From IMG/VR virus record IMGVR_UViG_3300046653_000093, positions 151,809-215,808 of that record: a stretch of DNA of 64,000 nucleotides; one strand, 5' to 3'. Below the pieces are notes generated by a model. That model was not told the origin of the DNA. It saw only the letters and a program-made list of their open reading frames with translations, and searched no databases. The translations under genes and the position numbers were made by a program. Positions 51,101 to 60,683 of this stretch are shown piece by piece (within the stretch, counting starts at the first letter, position 1; each line of letters opens with the position of its first letter).

Positions 51101-51575
51101 CTCTCTTTCTACGGTCATCATATACGGTGTCAACAATAACGCCTCGAATCTTATCAACCGACTGTGATTGATGATCGAGGCATAATGGACGACCGACCCA
51201 ATTTTTATATGCTACTTTCAACTCTGCTTCTGGAAAGATGTCTCGGTTATTATTCCGATAAGGCATAAGGGTTTTTTCATTACAAACCCACTTTACACCG
51301 CCTTCCTTAGTAGATTCCCAAGCAGCTTCGACATCTTTTCCTTGTGATGTCTTCTTTGGGGTTCCATCATCATTAATGCAAGCTGCCTCAGCGGCATGCA
51401 TCATCACGCAAGTAAAATATAAGAAGTCTTTTGCTTTTGGAGCGATAACCTTCAACTCTTGAGCAAACTTGTACATGCGGTTTTCAATATCCAAATCCAT
51501 ATCATCTGCCAATTTCTCAATTGGCTTGATATCCTCTGGTCTGATGAAAACCGATTCTCCTAGTTTAATAAGCAT
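48114..51575 (-). CDS. Prohead protease fused to long scaffold/internal region
   Basis: N-terminal protease-like block NNNRDIF..GRPLCLDH..RGVIVD..VSMGT..CSDC..CQHM..IELSLVVSGADPKA, followed by coiled-coil, acidic and repeat regions; 1153 aa. Confidence 0.75.
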   Translation of the reverse strand: MLIKLGESVFIRPEDIKPIEKLADDMDLDIENRMYKFAQELKVIAPKAKDFLYFTCVMMHAAEAACINDDGTPKKTSQGKDVEAAWESTKEGGVKWVCNEKTLMPYRNNNRDIFPEAELKVAYKNWVGRPLCLDHQSQSVDKIRGVIVDTVYDDRRKRVIALCALDAKNYGDLADKVKTGVANNVSMGTAVGRAVCSDCHRVARTEKDFCQHMKNKSCYGEINLDLTPIELSLVVSGADPKAKVKHIIASDIAKAAGLLSDYLEVKKGLSRQDLTSIQKDLQSLMGKIESMANDFDESDESDAVGPTRSSWSMEESGAEPSTQINPPEAFPTYASELQRAILGAQTKLASLQENLLRVVSNNEEPTMTKKNAYFQGTEEPKPGQAQYSKDPLNEKARLMDKNLHGPAPFPNTGDEEGMYPGDEKVKKELQRLADEHERALFREAALKKAKEQLQSKGYYLGTEEPKPGKVQYSKDPLNEKDRMLDKQMVGEKPFPGVGDVEGLYDDDEKEKEKLLRASLVKARFEKVALPDGRVNKSASSWVVYANDKAILRASVDQITKGNSESLYDAVATERFGKSLLNRIQTEGFQATADALLKNAQAAPAAPPAPPVDGAAGGADLPPLEPPKNVGGKGGNTDEIVDDLQSLFDEMGGKLSDLRDKVSGAVSEDADAMPDVEPAGDAEFSEGPKTASQLQSMRKRVNGMLQEGVDETITSLAKHMREINTAKRVYKETYASMTEEQREYLNALTISAVKDAKAMLVDAGKLMEAVVKYAYGTAELEKRASQKDPEKDLLDAIFASEEETEETADAADGTEECADAADAKDGAEDEECADAKDGAEEESADAATGELPCADEGAAEDGGTFDSWLANIKGKGASDKADAKLSLKTPDGTTQQLGEVTVTAGGTLELSTKEGRAQARIKLAEKGLLGFNELSNDAHPGGSVSAVDAGNLDVKPNVPGAEFHVPKDIQSYMLELANMPPRVRKQAEMIQALVAEGKMKADDVDKLVSHGVDAEAVKYWKELFGQGDTESKDFATKLTQEHAKAKQAEEVESYKGRIKRAYEVAHQMIAKGMITEGQLDSQVNDIMKWNDAGFESIKNILARQPSMNKQASIPMVGLLSSGEVILPMAKVAQEGEQDIKSFFDNYFESKGLKF

Positions 51576-51742
51576 TAGCTCTCCATTGAATTTTTATCTT
51601 TAACTCCAGACTCTTTTGCAGAAATGCGTTCTTGCGCTTTCTCTAAGGCTGTAGCTAAAGCAGATTTGCGTTCGGTATCATCCTCAATTTCGTAAGGATC
51701 AACAACGCTAATAATTTCTGCATCGCCAGTTTTTACTAACAT
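51575..51742 (-). CDS. Small hypothetical protein (55 aa; not in ORF track)
   Basis: MLVKTGDAEIISVVDPYEIEDDTERKSALATALEKAQERISAKESGVKDKNSMES; GGAG RBS; TAATG coupling to the protease gene. Confidence 0.65.
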   Translation of the reverse strand: MLVKTGDAEIISVVDPYEIEDDTERKSALATALEKAQERISAKESGVKDKNSMES

Positions 51743-51754
51743 ACCAATCTCCAA

Positions 51755-52378
51755 TTAGCTCTCTTGCAAAGCTTTCTGCCTTTCCTTGAAGAGCTGAACG
51801 ACCAACGGGACTCGTTCCTCAATGGGCTCACTATCACCGTCCGAAATATCCTTTGCCCAATTCTTTGCCAAAATATTACTGTCTATGTGCTCCAAAATAC
51901 GATCTCTAATCAACTGCTCAATTTGATTCATCTGCTTCTTGAGCGAGTCAATCGTCGAAATCAAGTGATCTCGGAACTCGGAACTATTAAGATTCGAGAA
52001 TATTGACACAAAAGTATCAACATATTTATCTAATTCTCTAATAGCTCCAATAAATGATTCCATTATCTCTTCGGTAGCGGTATCCGTGCTGAAAGAATTC
52101 ATCAAGGCCACACACTTATAAGCCTTCTTTACTATTTTCCTGAACTTCAATTTCACCTGGTCACGGTATTCCCTGAAAGTTTTTCTGTAATCTGTAACCA
52201 TCTCCATATCAATATTTTGATGCTTCTGGAATGGAACATAGATTAGATCAAGATAATCTTTTGTATCTTGTAACCCCGAGATAAGCTGCTCAAAATATTC
52301 CTCTGCCTTTTCCGCAACCCTCTTTTCAGATTCCGGAACACCAAAATGCATTTGAATAGAGTAAGCTTTTCGATACAT
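51755..52378 (-). CDS. Hypothetical helical protein
   Basis: 207-aa ORF in operon orientation. Confidence 0.55.
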   Translation of the reverse strand: MYRKAYSIQMHFGVPESEKRVAEKAEEYFEQLISGLQDTKDYLDLIYVPFQKHQNIDMEMVTDYRKTFREYRDQVKLKFRKIVKKAYKCVALMNSFSTDTATEEIMESFIGAIRELDKYVDTFVSIFSNLNSSEFRDHLISTIDSLKKQMNQIEQLIRDRILEHIDSNILAKNWAKDISDGDSEPIEERVPLVVQLFKERQKALQES

Positions 52379-52410
52379 TATTTATTAATCCTATATCACA
52401 GTATTACCAT

Positions 52411-53493
52411 TTATACCTGTCCAGGTCCCGAATATGGCAGCTGAACAATGCCAGCCGCGCCATCCGGCATTCCACCTACTCCGGCTCCACTTCCTGGATA
52501 TACAAATGTATAATCTGTAGAATTATCCCTAAGACCAACTTCAACAACATCACCAATTCCGGCAACATCATTTACATCATCTTCTTCTTGTATATCTACT
52601 AAAACATCAGGGTCAATTACCAAATATTGATTATATCTGAGAATAGCCACATCAATATCTTTGGTAAGAATATCATGTATTAAAGTATCTGTAATAGGTT
52701 TATCAAATTTCTCAAAAATAGCTGATGAATCTAGATTGGCAGAAAACATTTTACCAGAAGAGTCTTTTTGTTTTTTATTAGCCGCCTCCATTGAGGTGCA
52801 CCAATAATTGCCTGGTTTGAGCAAATCTGAAGCCTTACATCTAATGTAAATGCGAACATATGCATTCTTATTCAAGGAAGCTATTTTCGCAATTCTACTA
52901 AGCTGACTGAACTCTATATCTGTGCCAGGCGGCAGATTGAAATTAACCGGCCTCGTAATAGTCATGTCATTAACAGCCGGATTTTGCGGAGAGAATGAAT
53001 TCGTCTCCCGTGTCAGAGACACCGCATCGATAGCATTGCTTTTATCGTCTTCCAATTCATTAGCAAATTGCTTGACGGCATCATAATAGCTTCGCGTAAC
53101 CTTTGGAGGTAGGTATGCACCCATTCCGAATTCAGCTGCCTCTTTGAGAGCTTTCTCAACTGGCCATCCTGTGTAGATACGATACATCGCCACACTCATT
53201 CCAGTTCGATCCTTGCCATGAAGGCAATGAATGTATGTAGGCCCATCATGCGTGAGGGTTGGAATGATTCTTTTCTTTAAGGCGGCTACCTTTGGATCGC
53301 TTCCATCGCCCAAGCCCCAAATAATATGCTTGAGCCCAAGCTCTTCACAAATCGAATCTATATTGTGTCCACACTCATCATCCAAACTAACAATCTTATT
53401 TATTCCCAATCCCTTGAGAAAAATCAAATCATGAGCAGACGGACATCCTCCTCTGTATAAATTCTTGGATACTTGTGAAAATCTAGCTGGCAT
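52411..53493 (-). CDS. Cys-dependent protein-tyrosine/dual-specificity phosphatase-like protein with extra C-terminal domain
   Basis: NLYRGGCP, GINKIVSL, YIHCLHGKDRTG (HCx5R P-loop); start refined to MPARF. Confidence 0.85.
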   Translation of the reverse strand: MPARFSQVSKNLYRGGCPSAHDLIFLKGLGINKIVSLDDECGHNIDSICEELGLKHIIWGLGDGSDPKVAALKKRIIPTLTHDGPTYIHCLHGKDRTGMSVAMYRIYTGWPVEKALKEAAEFGMGAYLPPKVTRSYYDAVKQFANELEDDKSNAIDAVSLTRETNSFSPQNPAVNDMTITRPVNFNLPPGTDIEFSQLSRIAKIASLNKNAYVRIYIRCKASDLLKPGNYWCTSMEAANKKQKDSSGKMFSANLDSSAIFEKFDKPITDTLIHDILTKDIDVAILRYNQYLVIDPDVLVDIQEEDDVNDVAGIGDVVEVGLRDNSTDYTFVYPGSGAGVGGMPDGAAGIVQLPYSGPGQV

Positions 53494-53791
53494 CTTCATC
53501 CTTGAAATCAATTGCTTTTATAGCAACCATCAAGGCAATTTCAGCCGGCTCATCTACATCCTCATTTAAAGCTCTATCAAATGCTACCTTAAATGCCTTT
53601 TGAAACTTCAATCGCCGATCATCATCGCCTTTTCGTAGCTTTCTCATTACATAACTATAGCTCAGATCTGCCCTTGGATTTTCTGTATCAGTTATCGCAG
53701 CATAAGCAAAAAGAGCATCCTTCGTTAGCTCGGACTCGCCAAGCAACCTCAAATCTTTGCAAATGGATGCTAATTCACTGGCTATGCTCAT
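53483..53791 (-). CDS. Hypothetical protein
   Basis: 102 aa ORF. Confidence 0.55.
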   Translation of the reverse strand: MSIASELASICKDLRLLGESELTKDALFAYAAITDTENPRADLSYSYVMRKLRKGDDDRRLKFQKAFKVAFDRALNEDVDEPAEIALMVAIKAIDFKDEDAS

Positions 53792-53793
53792 TA

Positions 53794-54216
53794 TTAAATT
53801 CCCTTACTCTTAATCTTCTTCACCCTACCTTTGAAGCAATTCATAACATCAACTCCATCTAATGGAGACACCAAATAAACATTGTAGGAATTGAATAATA
53901 TAACTGTCTTGAATTTCCTAATAGGTGTTTCTACTTCGCATTCTATGGCGAAAACCTCGCCTCTTCCCCAAAGAACTTTACCTTCAACAAATAGATTGTT
54001 GGATATCTCGAAATCAGCATAATTGGTAGTTCCGCCAGATTCTCCCCAGTAAACCTGAATAGTTTTACCTTTGTAGAAATGGCCAACTGCCTCTGCTAAA
54101 GAAGTGATGTGTGAATATTTAGCTTCATCAGATTCATAAACATTTTCTGCGGCATAGATATTTGAACCATCTTCCGCAATATTGATTATGTCATTTTTGT
54201 TGTTTTCATCACTCAT
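53794..54216 (-). CDS. Hypothetical protein
   Basis: GGAG RBS before MSDENN. Confidence 0.55.
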   Translation of the reverse strand: MSDENNKNDIINIAEDGSNIYAAENVYESDEAKYSHITSLAEAVGHFYKGKTIQVYWGESGGTTNYADFEISNNLFVEGKVLWGRGEVFAIECEVETPIRKFKTVILFNSYNVYLVSPLDGVDVMNCFKGRVKKIKSKGI

Positions 54217-55568
54217 CTTATTCTCCAACAATCAAAGGCAACCTTCCTAAAACTTTTGTCTAGAACTTCAGATTCAATTACCTCTAGTTCCGAAATGCCG
54301 GGAACAACCTCAACGTCAATTCCCATTTTAGTGAGATTCAAAAACTCATCAGCTAGATACTTAGATATGCCAAAAATTGCAGGTAGGGAAGCCATCTTGC
54401 TTCCATAAACTTCCACTTGCACTTCTATATCATCATCTTGGTGTCTTACCGAGCACGTAGCATCAATTTCTTGCCTCAACGCACTGGCTAATACTCGCGC
54501 AAATTGAGCTTTGTAATCAAAAGTTTGCCCATTGACTTTGATCAATGCCTGGGTTTTGGGCAGTGCCTTTTTTAGTAGAGCTCTTTTGACAATTCTTGTA
54601 ATTGGTCCATCAGACGCAACTGTTGGCTCTGGCTCTGCTGGTACTGGTTTTGGCTCCACAATAGGCTCAGACGGAGGTTTGTAATTTTTGAGACTATTCG
54701 ATGGATCAGTAGAGAGCCAAACTCCTAACATAGATAATTGATCCCTTTTAGGAATTCTAGTGCCTAAATCTGTTAGGATAACCTTATCAATAGGAATTAG
54801 AATCTCATTAGTCCCTGTAGGAAATGCTACAGGCGGCAAATGCAATTCAACTCTCATTTCATTCGAATATCTATTTTTTACCTGTTCAGAAACTGGAGAG
54901 AAGTTCACCACTTCCAACATTGAATCATTTAGGATGGAAAACTTAAGGTTCTCCAAAAATTGATTATAGTATGGAGCCATATAATCAAGCATACTGGCAT
55001 CAAACAAACGCCCTAGATTTCGCCATATAGTTTCTTTGACATTGGTACTTATAGAAATGTTTTCTGGGCCATATTTTCGATACCAAGAAAACATAGATAT
55101 TGGTTGGTTGATTCGCCTGCCAATTGGAACTTCAGACCTAAACTCTTCTGGTAACTGTTCCCATAGCTTCTGAACTAAGGTCTTATCTTTATGATAATCC
55201 TTCGCTACCCAACGAAGATTCTTGCCAGCTAAGGTATTTCCGCCTTTACCAACATATTCCTCTTGATGTTCCAACATTGCATCTCGAAGCGTCTCAATTT
55301 TTCTGACACTATCAGAAAGCAAAGATGGAAGTACTTCAGAAGTAATACGGTCAACAGCTTCAGCATCCTGACTTCTAACAGCCTCATCTAATCTCTTGAA
55401 TGTTCGTTCAACTGGTTCTCTAAGGGCTTTGAGTGCTTTTCTGTTTTTTCGAGTAGCAAACCAATCCTTAACTTTTTGAACGACTCCAGCAATTTTAACT
55501 AGATCTCCAGTATTCGCCTGTAGCTCTAAAGCTGCATATCGCAATATCTGAAGATCTTCGTTCTCCAT
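54213..55568 (-). CDS. Hypothetical head-region protein
   Basis: 451 aa; multiple K-x-A motifs. Confidence 0.55.
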   Translation of the reverse strand: MENEDLQILRYAALELQANTGDLVKIAGVVQKVKDWFATRKNRKALKALREPVERTFKRLDEAVRSQDAEAVDRITSEVLPSLLSDSVRKIETLRDAMLEHQEEYVGKGGNTLAGKNLRWVAKDYHKDKTLVQKLWEQLPEEFRSEVPIGRRINQPISMFSWYRKYGPENISISTNVKETIWRNLGRLFDASMLDYMAPYYNQFLENLKFSILNDSMLEVVNFSPVSEQVKNRYSNEMRVELHLPPVAFPTGTNEILIPIDKVILTDLGTRIPKRDQLSMLGVWLSTDPSNSLKNYKPPSEPIVEPKPVPAEPEPTVASDGPITRIVKRALLKKALPKTQALIKVNGQTFDYKAQFARVLASALRQEIDATCSVRHQDDDIEVQVEVYGSKMASLPAIFGISKYLADEFLNLTKMGIDVEVVPGISELEVIESEVLDKSFRKVAFDCWRIR

Positions 55569-56776
55569 TATTTGACTTCCTTTCCATCGACCATAACTTT
55601 TGGAGTGCCAACGTACCGGAGGTACTGTTCTGGATTTTTGTATCCACGATTAAATGCTTCAGCAACTCTCTCTTTTGAAAAGCGAGGAAGATCTTGTACT
55701 ACATCATAAATACAAACATCTATGGCTTGCCCTCTAATACGGTCCAAATCAACAGCTGTTTTCAGCAAACTAATGCTGCGCTGCTCATCACCAAGCTGAT
55801 CACAGAGCTCAGATGCTTGGGCCAATAGAGCAGTGCCAATACCAACATGACCATTCAATATCGCTGTCCTGGCATTAGCGATCATATCATTTACATCCTT
55901 GGCTGCTTTCTGACTTGGAGGATTACCAGAAAGGATTGGTCCCGCTGATGGCACTGGTGGCGGTGTAGGTGGCACCGGTGAAGTTGGAGCAGCTGCTGGC
56001 GGGGTTATTTGAGGCTGAGATACTTCGGCAGGTTTAGCAGGCTCAGCTGGAAAGTTGGCTATATACATACGCTTCAGATGCTCTTTTTCATTACCTAGCT
56101 TCTTTTGATATTCTCTAGCAAGTCGCACATACTCCATGATATTTCTACGATTGTCATCCAATACAGCAAATGCCTGATCGATTAGAGCGTATGTGCTTTC
56201 AGCAATGGCCATTGCTTCTCGCGCCGCATTTTGTTGCTTGCCTTGTATATTTTTGAAAATCTTATCGAAAAGAACTCCCTCTAATTCTTTTTTGGTAGGT
56301 ATTTTTTCCTGAAGCCATTGGGTAACGCCAGCTTCAATAATCAATTCTGGGTCTGGTGAAGCTGCTACTCGTGGAACTTTTCGAACACCAAGCTGTTCTT
56401 CAAGCTGTTGTCTCTCAAAATCATCCATCGTATTTTGAGAAAACTCAGAATATATTTCACTACCGATAGTATCCAACTCATCTATCTGATCAATGAAAAC
56501 GCCATTAACAGAATCTAAAATAGAATTGGCATATTGGAAAACTCTTAAGAAATCACGATTCTTCATTGCCATTCGAGCTTGATGTAACTGATCGCGCAAG
56601 CTAGGCTTCAATCTCGTAATATTATCACGCATCGCCTTATCAACGGCATCTACAGCTGCAATTAACCTGCGATATTTGCTGGAGGACATCTGCCGAATCC
56701 ATTCCATTGGATTTAGGGATCTCCCAAGCATCTTAGTTACAGATCTCTTTTGAGCTTCTTTTTCAAAGTTATTCAT
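55568..56776 (-). CDS. Hypothetical head-region protein
   Basis: Follows portal; Pro-rich linker; KEA and KTA motifs. Confidence 0.55.
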   Translation of the reverse strand: MNNFEKEAQKRSVTKMLGRSLNPMEWIRQMSSSKYRRLIAAVDAVDKAMRDNITRLKPSLRDQLHQARMAMKNRDFLRVFQYANSILDSVNGVFIDQIDELDTIGSEIYSEFSQNTMDDFERQQLEEQLGVRKVPRVAASPDPELIIEAGVTQWLQEKIPTKKELEGVLFDKIFKNIQGKQQNAAREAMAIAESTYALIDQAFAVLDDNRRNIMEYVRLAREYQKKLGNEKEHLKRMYIANFPAEPAKPAEVSQPQITPPAAAPTSPVPPTPPPVPSAGPILSGNPPSQKAAKDVNDMIANARTAILNGHVGIGTALLAQASELCDQLGDEQRSISLLKTAVDLDRIRGQAIDVCIYDVVQDLPRFSKERVAEAFNRGYKNPEQYLRYVGTPKVMVDGKEVK

Positions 56777-56817
56777 GTAGCGCTCCAACTATAAGAAGCC
56801 AAAATATGCGCTGTGTG

Positions 56818-58728
56818 TTATCCTGGAGGAGCTGGTGGTTTCGGTGCTCCACCGCCGCCTCCGCCAATCGGAGATGGTGGTGGTGATCCAGACATTGGAC
56901 CAGGTCCGGGAGGTGCTCCTAATCCCCCACCTAATCCACCTGGTGCCGCTCCTCCACCTGGTGGAGTTATGAATGGACTTTCTCCTGGTACTGGTTGATC
57001 AATCTGAGTCACCTCATCAATCTCATCGCCAGGTCCAAGAGCCCTTAGCTCATGAAGATCATATTGTGCTAGAGAGGCTAGTTCTTTGATTCGAATTGCA
57101 TCTTGAATATCTTCGTAGCGAATCTTTCTCTGCTCTTCTTCGTATTCAAGACCAAGGCTTCTATATAGCGTTTGCAATGAAGCGCGCTTAGCCACACCTT
57201 CGCCGGTTGTAAGCTGAACCATCTGATTGATGTAACTATCCATATCAAACAATGACATGTGATTCCAATCAATCTCTGGAACAATAAGAGTCTTCTCTCC
57301 GTCAATTAGGTCATAAAAGTCCTGGATTTGTGCAATTGGAGCGAAGATTTTTCTCTTCAACCAACTAGACATCATTTGACGGAATTGCATGTATCTCTGT
57401 CGCAACACATCCAAAGCAACAGATCCTGTTGCATAAGTGGTATCACTGCCATCCATAATAACCGATGGAACCATCAAGCCAATATAGATCTCTTTGATAA
57501 GCTGAGTCACGTCAGCCGAAGTATCATAAATACCCTGGCCATATCCAATACGATCAACGGTTACGGCATCATGGGTGAAAATCTTGAAGTCCCTATCGTA
57601 TTGAGCTTGCTCGAATACGTGTCTCCAGTTCTCAAGATCAACTGGGCTTGGACGGAATTCCTGGTTTCCAATCTTAACCAATGTCAATGGATTGACCATG
57701 TTATCTGCTTGTGCATACTTAGATTCGCGCAATTTGTCCCACAACATAAGAGCTCGGAAACACGAAACAATAAGGCCCGTTCCACGAATTTCGTATGGGG
57801 AAATTCTTCTAGCCATATGATGCACATAGAAGTTGTTTAGGGGGATTTGCTCATTCTTTCGTACATGCTCAATGATCGAAGGGTCCAGCTGCTTGCGCTG
57901 TTGTAGATCTGATGGTTGATTACCAAAAACTACTCGTCTAAGATTCTCATCTGGGCGCATACTAATGATTGGCTCTGCCGCAATTACGCTACGCTGTACG
58001 TTGACATAATCCGGATTGAGAATCATCAGGCGGCTCCAACTTCCCTTGCTCTCGTCTAACTCGCAATAAGTAAAGGCCTCACCAAGAATCCAAAATTCTT
58101 GGGCTGCCATACAGGCAATATTCATTAGATCAATTTCCTCCGACATTTGGGAGAAGAACTTCTCTACCTTCGGATTCTTTGATTTGATATTCAACTTAGC
58201 AATTGGATAAGTTGAGTGTAATGTAATTGCATTATGAACAATTGGATTCAATGCAAAAAAGCTGCGGCTCCAAGCATTGATAGTTGGACGGTCTCTTGGT
58301 AAGTTGAGGTTCGAGTTCAACCATAGAGGAGAGTAGACTTCGGGAACTTGCCTTACAGAATCGTTAGAGCCACGCCAGCCCCCACCAGCAGAAGAGGCAA
58401 CATTGCCGACCCCACTGGCCATTTTATACATACCCTTGCCATTGTGAGTAACTACACCTAAACTAGTTTGAGCATTCCGAACTTCGCTGCGGCCACTCCT
58501 AGAAGATGAGAAACCAGACCCTTGCTCTCTCAGCTCTCCAGCATCAATCTGCATTTCCATAATATCTCGGCGTTGATCACTAACGCCACGAGCCATTCGA
58601 TTGGAAACCTCAGGAATACTAGAGAGAGCTATATTTTTGGCCATTAAGCTTTCAGAACGAGAAGCTATCTTAGCATTCCTTTCAATAAGGTCTTGCGCAC
58701 GTGTTTTGGTATTATTAATATCCATCAT
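56818..58728 (-). CDS. Portal protein
   Basis: Follows terminase; NPIVHNAITLH, EFWILGEAF, ILNPDYV, PYEIRGTGLIVSCFRAL, IYIGLMVP; Gly/Pro-rich tail. Confidence 0.8.
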   Translation of the reverse strand: MMDINNTKTRAQDLIERNAKIASRSESLMAKNIALSSIPEVSNRMARGVSDQRRDIMEMQIDAGELREQGSGFSSSRSGRSEVRNAQTSLGVVTHNGKGMYKMASGVGNVASSAGGGWRGSNDSVRQVPEVYSPLWLNSNLNLPRDRPTINAWSRSFFALNPIVHNAITLHSTYPIAKLNIKSKNPKVEKFFSQMSEEIDLMNIACMAAQEFWILGEAFTYCELDESKGSWSRLMILNPDYVNVQRSVIAAEPIISMRPDENLRRVVFGNQPSDLQQRKQLDPSIIEHVRKNEQIPLNNFYVHHMARRISPYEIRGTGLIVSCFRALMLWDKLRESKYAQADNMVNPLTLVKIGNQEFRPSPVDLENWRHVFEQAQYDRDFKIFTHDAVTVDRIGYGQGIYDTSADVTQLIKEIYIGLMVPSVIMDGSDTTYATGSVALDVLRQRYMQFRQMMSSWLKRKIFAPIAQIQDFYDLIDGEKTLIVPEIDWNHMSLFDMDSYINQMVQLTTGEGVAKRASLQTLYRSLGLEYEEEQRKIRYEDIQDAIRIKELASLAQYDLHELRALGPGDEIDEVTQIDQPVPGESPFITPPGGGAAPGGLGGGLGAPPGPGPMSGSPPPSPIGGGGGGAPKPPAPPG

Positions 58729-58757
58729 TATCCTCTATATCACTACACGGCCAGTAC

Positions 58758-60626
58758 TTATCCACGGCCACCAAACATCTTAGGAATATACCCAACAACT
58801 GCCTGGATTGGACGTGCGCTTGTAGCTAGTTCGTATTTCATATATTGTGGATTGCTAATCGTGAATCCCTGGGTTACATCGAATTTCCAAGCCAAATAGG
58901 CATTCAATAGCGCCATCAAACCGTCGTTAGCTACAGACCCTTTTACATACTTTTTTAAAGGCTCCCCTGACTTATCCCTAGTAACTTTAATCTCCATACT
59001 TGCGCAATGTTCGATTAGCCATTCGATTCGGTCTAAGCTCCCACCTGGAAACTTGATACGGCCTTCTTTCAAAAGCCCAAGCAACTCTGAAATATAATAG
59101 TCTTTTTCGAATACAACTGTCTTTGGCCACTCATCATTTGAATATTTTATGCGTCCATTTACCTTATGCGAAGAACGAGATGCCAAAAACTTCTCATCAT
59201 AAATTAGTTGCAATTTATGTGTCAAGTCATATGCATCACCAATGTCGCCGATGGATAATGTCATATTGTAGCGCCTAAACATTTCCTCAACTGTATTCAT
59301 CTTCGTCTCTGGATCTGGTCTAAGCAACCGAGTGGCAAATTCAACATTGAATACATTTCCAGAGGCAGTTAAAATAACAGCACAACTATAGGAACCTTTA
59401 CGTCCTCGCCCAGACATCTGTTCAAGCGCTCCTCTCTGGCCCCAGTCGAATCCTGCATAAACTCGACGACCTTCATCAGGATAAATATACTTGACCATCT
59501 TGCGACCCTTATCGATGCACTTATCGCGAATCTCTTGGGACGTAATTGTTCCGCCTTCGCCGTCGTAGAATTCACCAAGAACTTCGTTCATGTAAACGCG
59601 CTCGGTATTAATTGGACTACGCTCTGGCTTTGCTTTCTCTATGGTCTCTTTGGTAAAATTTGGAATGTATAATTGATTGATGTGATAGCCAACAAAATCA
59701 CACTTCTCAGGATCGTTGATTGGAATCCATCGGCCACGTTCCTGAGCTTCAAGCTTATCTTGTTCGCAATGACACTCAGTACATCGAACAATCAAGCCAT
59801 AGAGCCATACCTCTTCCCAGTTCACACCAGGATGATATAGAGGAAAATATTTTCCACATCTTTCACAGCGCAAATGAAAGTAATTCTGTGAAGAATTCTG
59901 CCACATATTCCAATAAGATCCGCCTTTGGTCTTGGGCGTTCCATAATATACTTGAACACCTTCACCAGCCATTCCGTATCTGGATTGCGCTAGAATCTTT
60001 GTAGCTGCACCGATAGCAGCGTCGGACATGTCTTGTACCTCATCAAAGAAAGTACCATCACAAGTACGACCACGAATTCTATCGCCGTCGATACCGGTCG
60101 ATTCAATCCAAATCTGATTTCCAAACATGAATTTTTTGAAATGCATGTTGTTATTAGTCGGACTAGACAAATCCAAACGCGCTTCCATGTATGACTTCAG
60201 AATGCCATTGCTCTTCATCATTCCTGGAACTGGAGCCGCGTGACCAATGATTGGATCAAGTTTATCTTTTGTATACGCTGCCGCTAAAGATAACGTCGGG
60301 AACAAATGCATCATGCGCATTGGTGGACGTTCGTTAGTACCAAACAATCCACAGGCACTGAAGTAACACTCAAGAGCTGCCGCCATCGTCGTCGCCCCCA
60401 CCTGCCGTCCTTTCACAAGAACAATGGGTTTTGAGTTTGGCTCAATAGCTTTGAGTGCTATGTATCTGTAAATGTCGGCGAATGGCTTATAGCCAGTACC
60501 TTCTAATTGTAACGGCTTACCATCAACAGTTAAATATTTTGCACAAAAATATACCGGATCAAGACTTAGAATTCCGTCACGAAGTTTATAAAATAACTCA
60601 TTAAATCCTATTTCTGCAGATTTCAT
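58758..60626 (-). CDS. Terminase large subunit (lambda GpA-like with Zn finger)
   Basis: Walker A VLVKGRQVGATT, RIRG, Walker B FFDEVQD, YGTPK, CERC/CTEC, nuclease AGFDWG. Confidence 0.9.
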   Translation of the reverse strand: MKSAEIGFNELFYKLRDGILSLDPVYFCAKYLTVDGKPLQLEGTGYKPFADIYRYIALKAIEPNSKPIVLVKGRQVGATTMAAALECYFSACGLFGTNERPPMRMMHLFPTLSLAAAYTKDKLDPIIGHAAPVPGMMKSNGILKSYMEARLDLSSPTNNNMHFKKFMFGNQIWIESTGIDGDRIRGRTCDGTFFDEVQDMSDAAIGAATKILAQSRYGMAGEGVQVYYGTPKTKGGSYWNMWQNSSQNYFHLRCERCGKYFPLYHPGVNWEEVWLYGLIVRCTECHCEQDKLEAQERGRWIPINDPEKCDFVGYHINQLYIPNFTKETIEKAKPERSPINTERVYMNEVLGEFYDGEGGTITSQEIRDKCIDKGRKMVKYIYPDEGRRVYAGFDWGQRGALEQMSGRGRKGSYSCAVILTASGNVFNVEFATRLLRPDPETKMNTVEEMFRRYNMTLSIGDIGDAYDLTHKLQLIYDEKFLASRSSHKVNGRIKYSNDEWPKTVVFEKDYYISELLGLLKEGRIKFPGGSLDRIEWLIEHCASMEIKVTRDKSGEPLKKYVKGSVANDGLMALLNAYLAWKFDVTQGFTISNPQYMKYELATSARPIQAVVGYIPKMFGGRG

Positions 60627-60683
60627 TTATACCTATCTATATAACACATATATGAAAATACAGATAAATGTATAGAATTACAA

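Noticed and set aside
58758-60626. Intein or intron in terminase
   Set aside because: 622 aa with contiguous ATPase, Zn finger and nuclease motifs; no intein splice motifs seen
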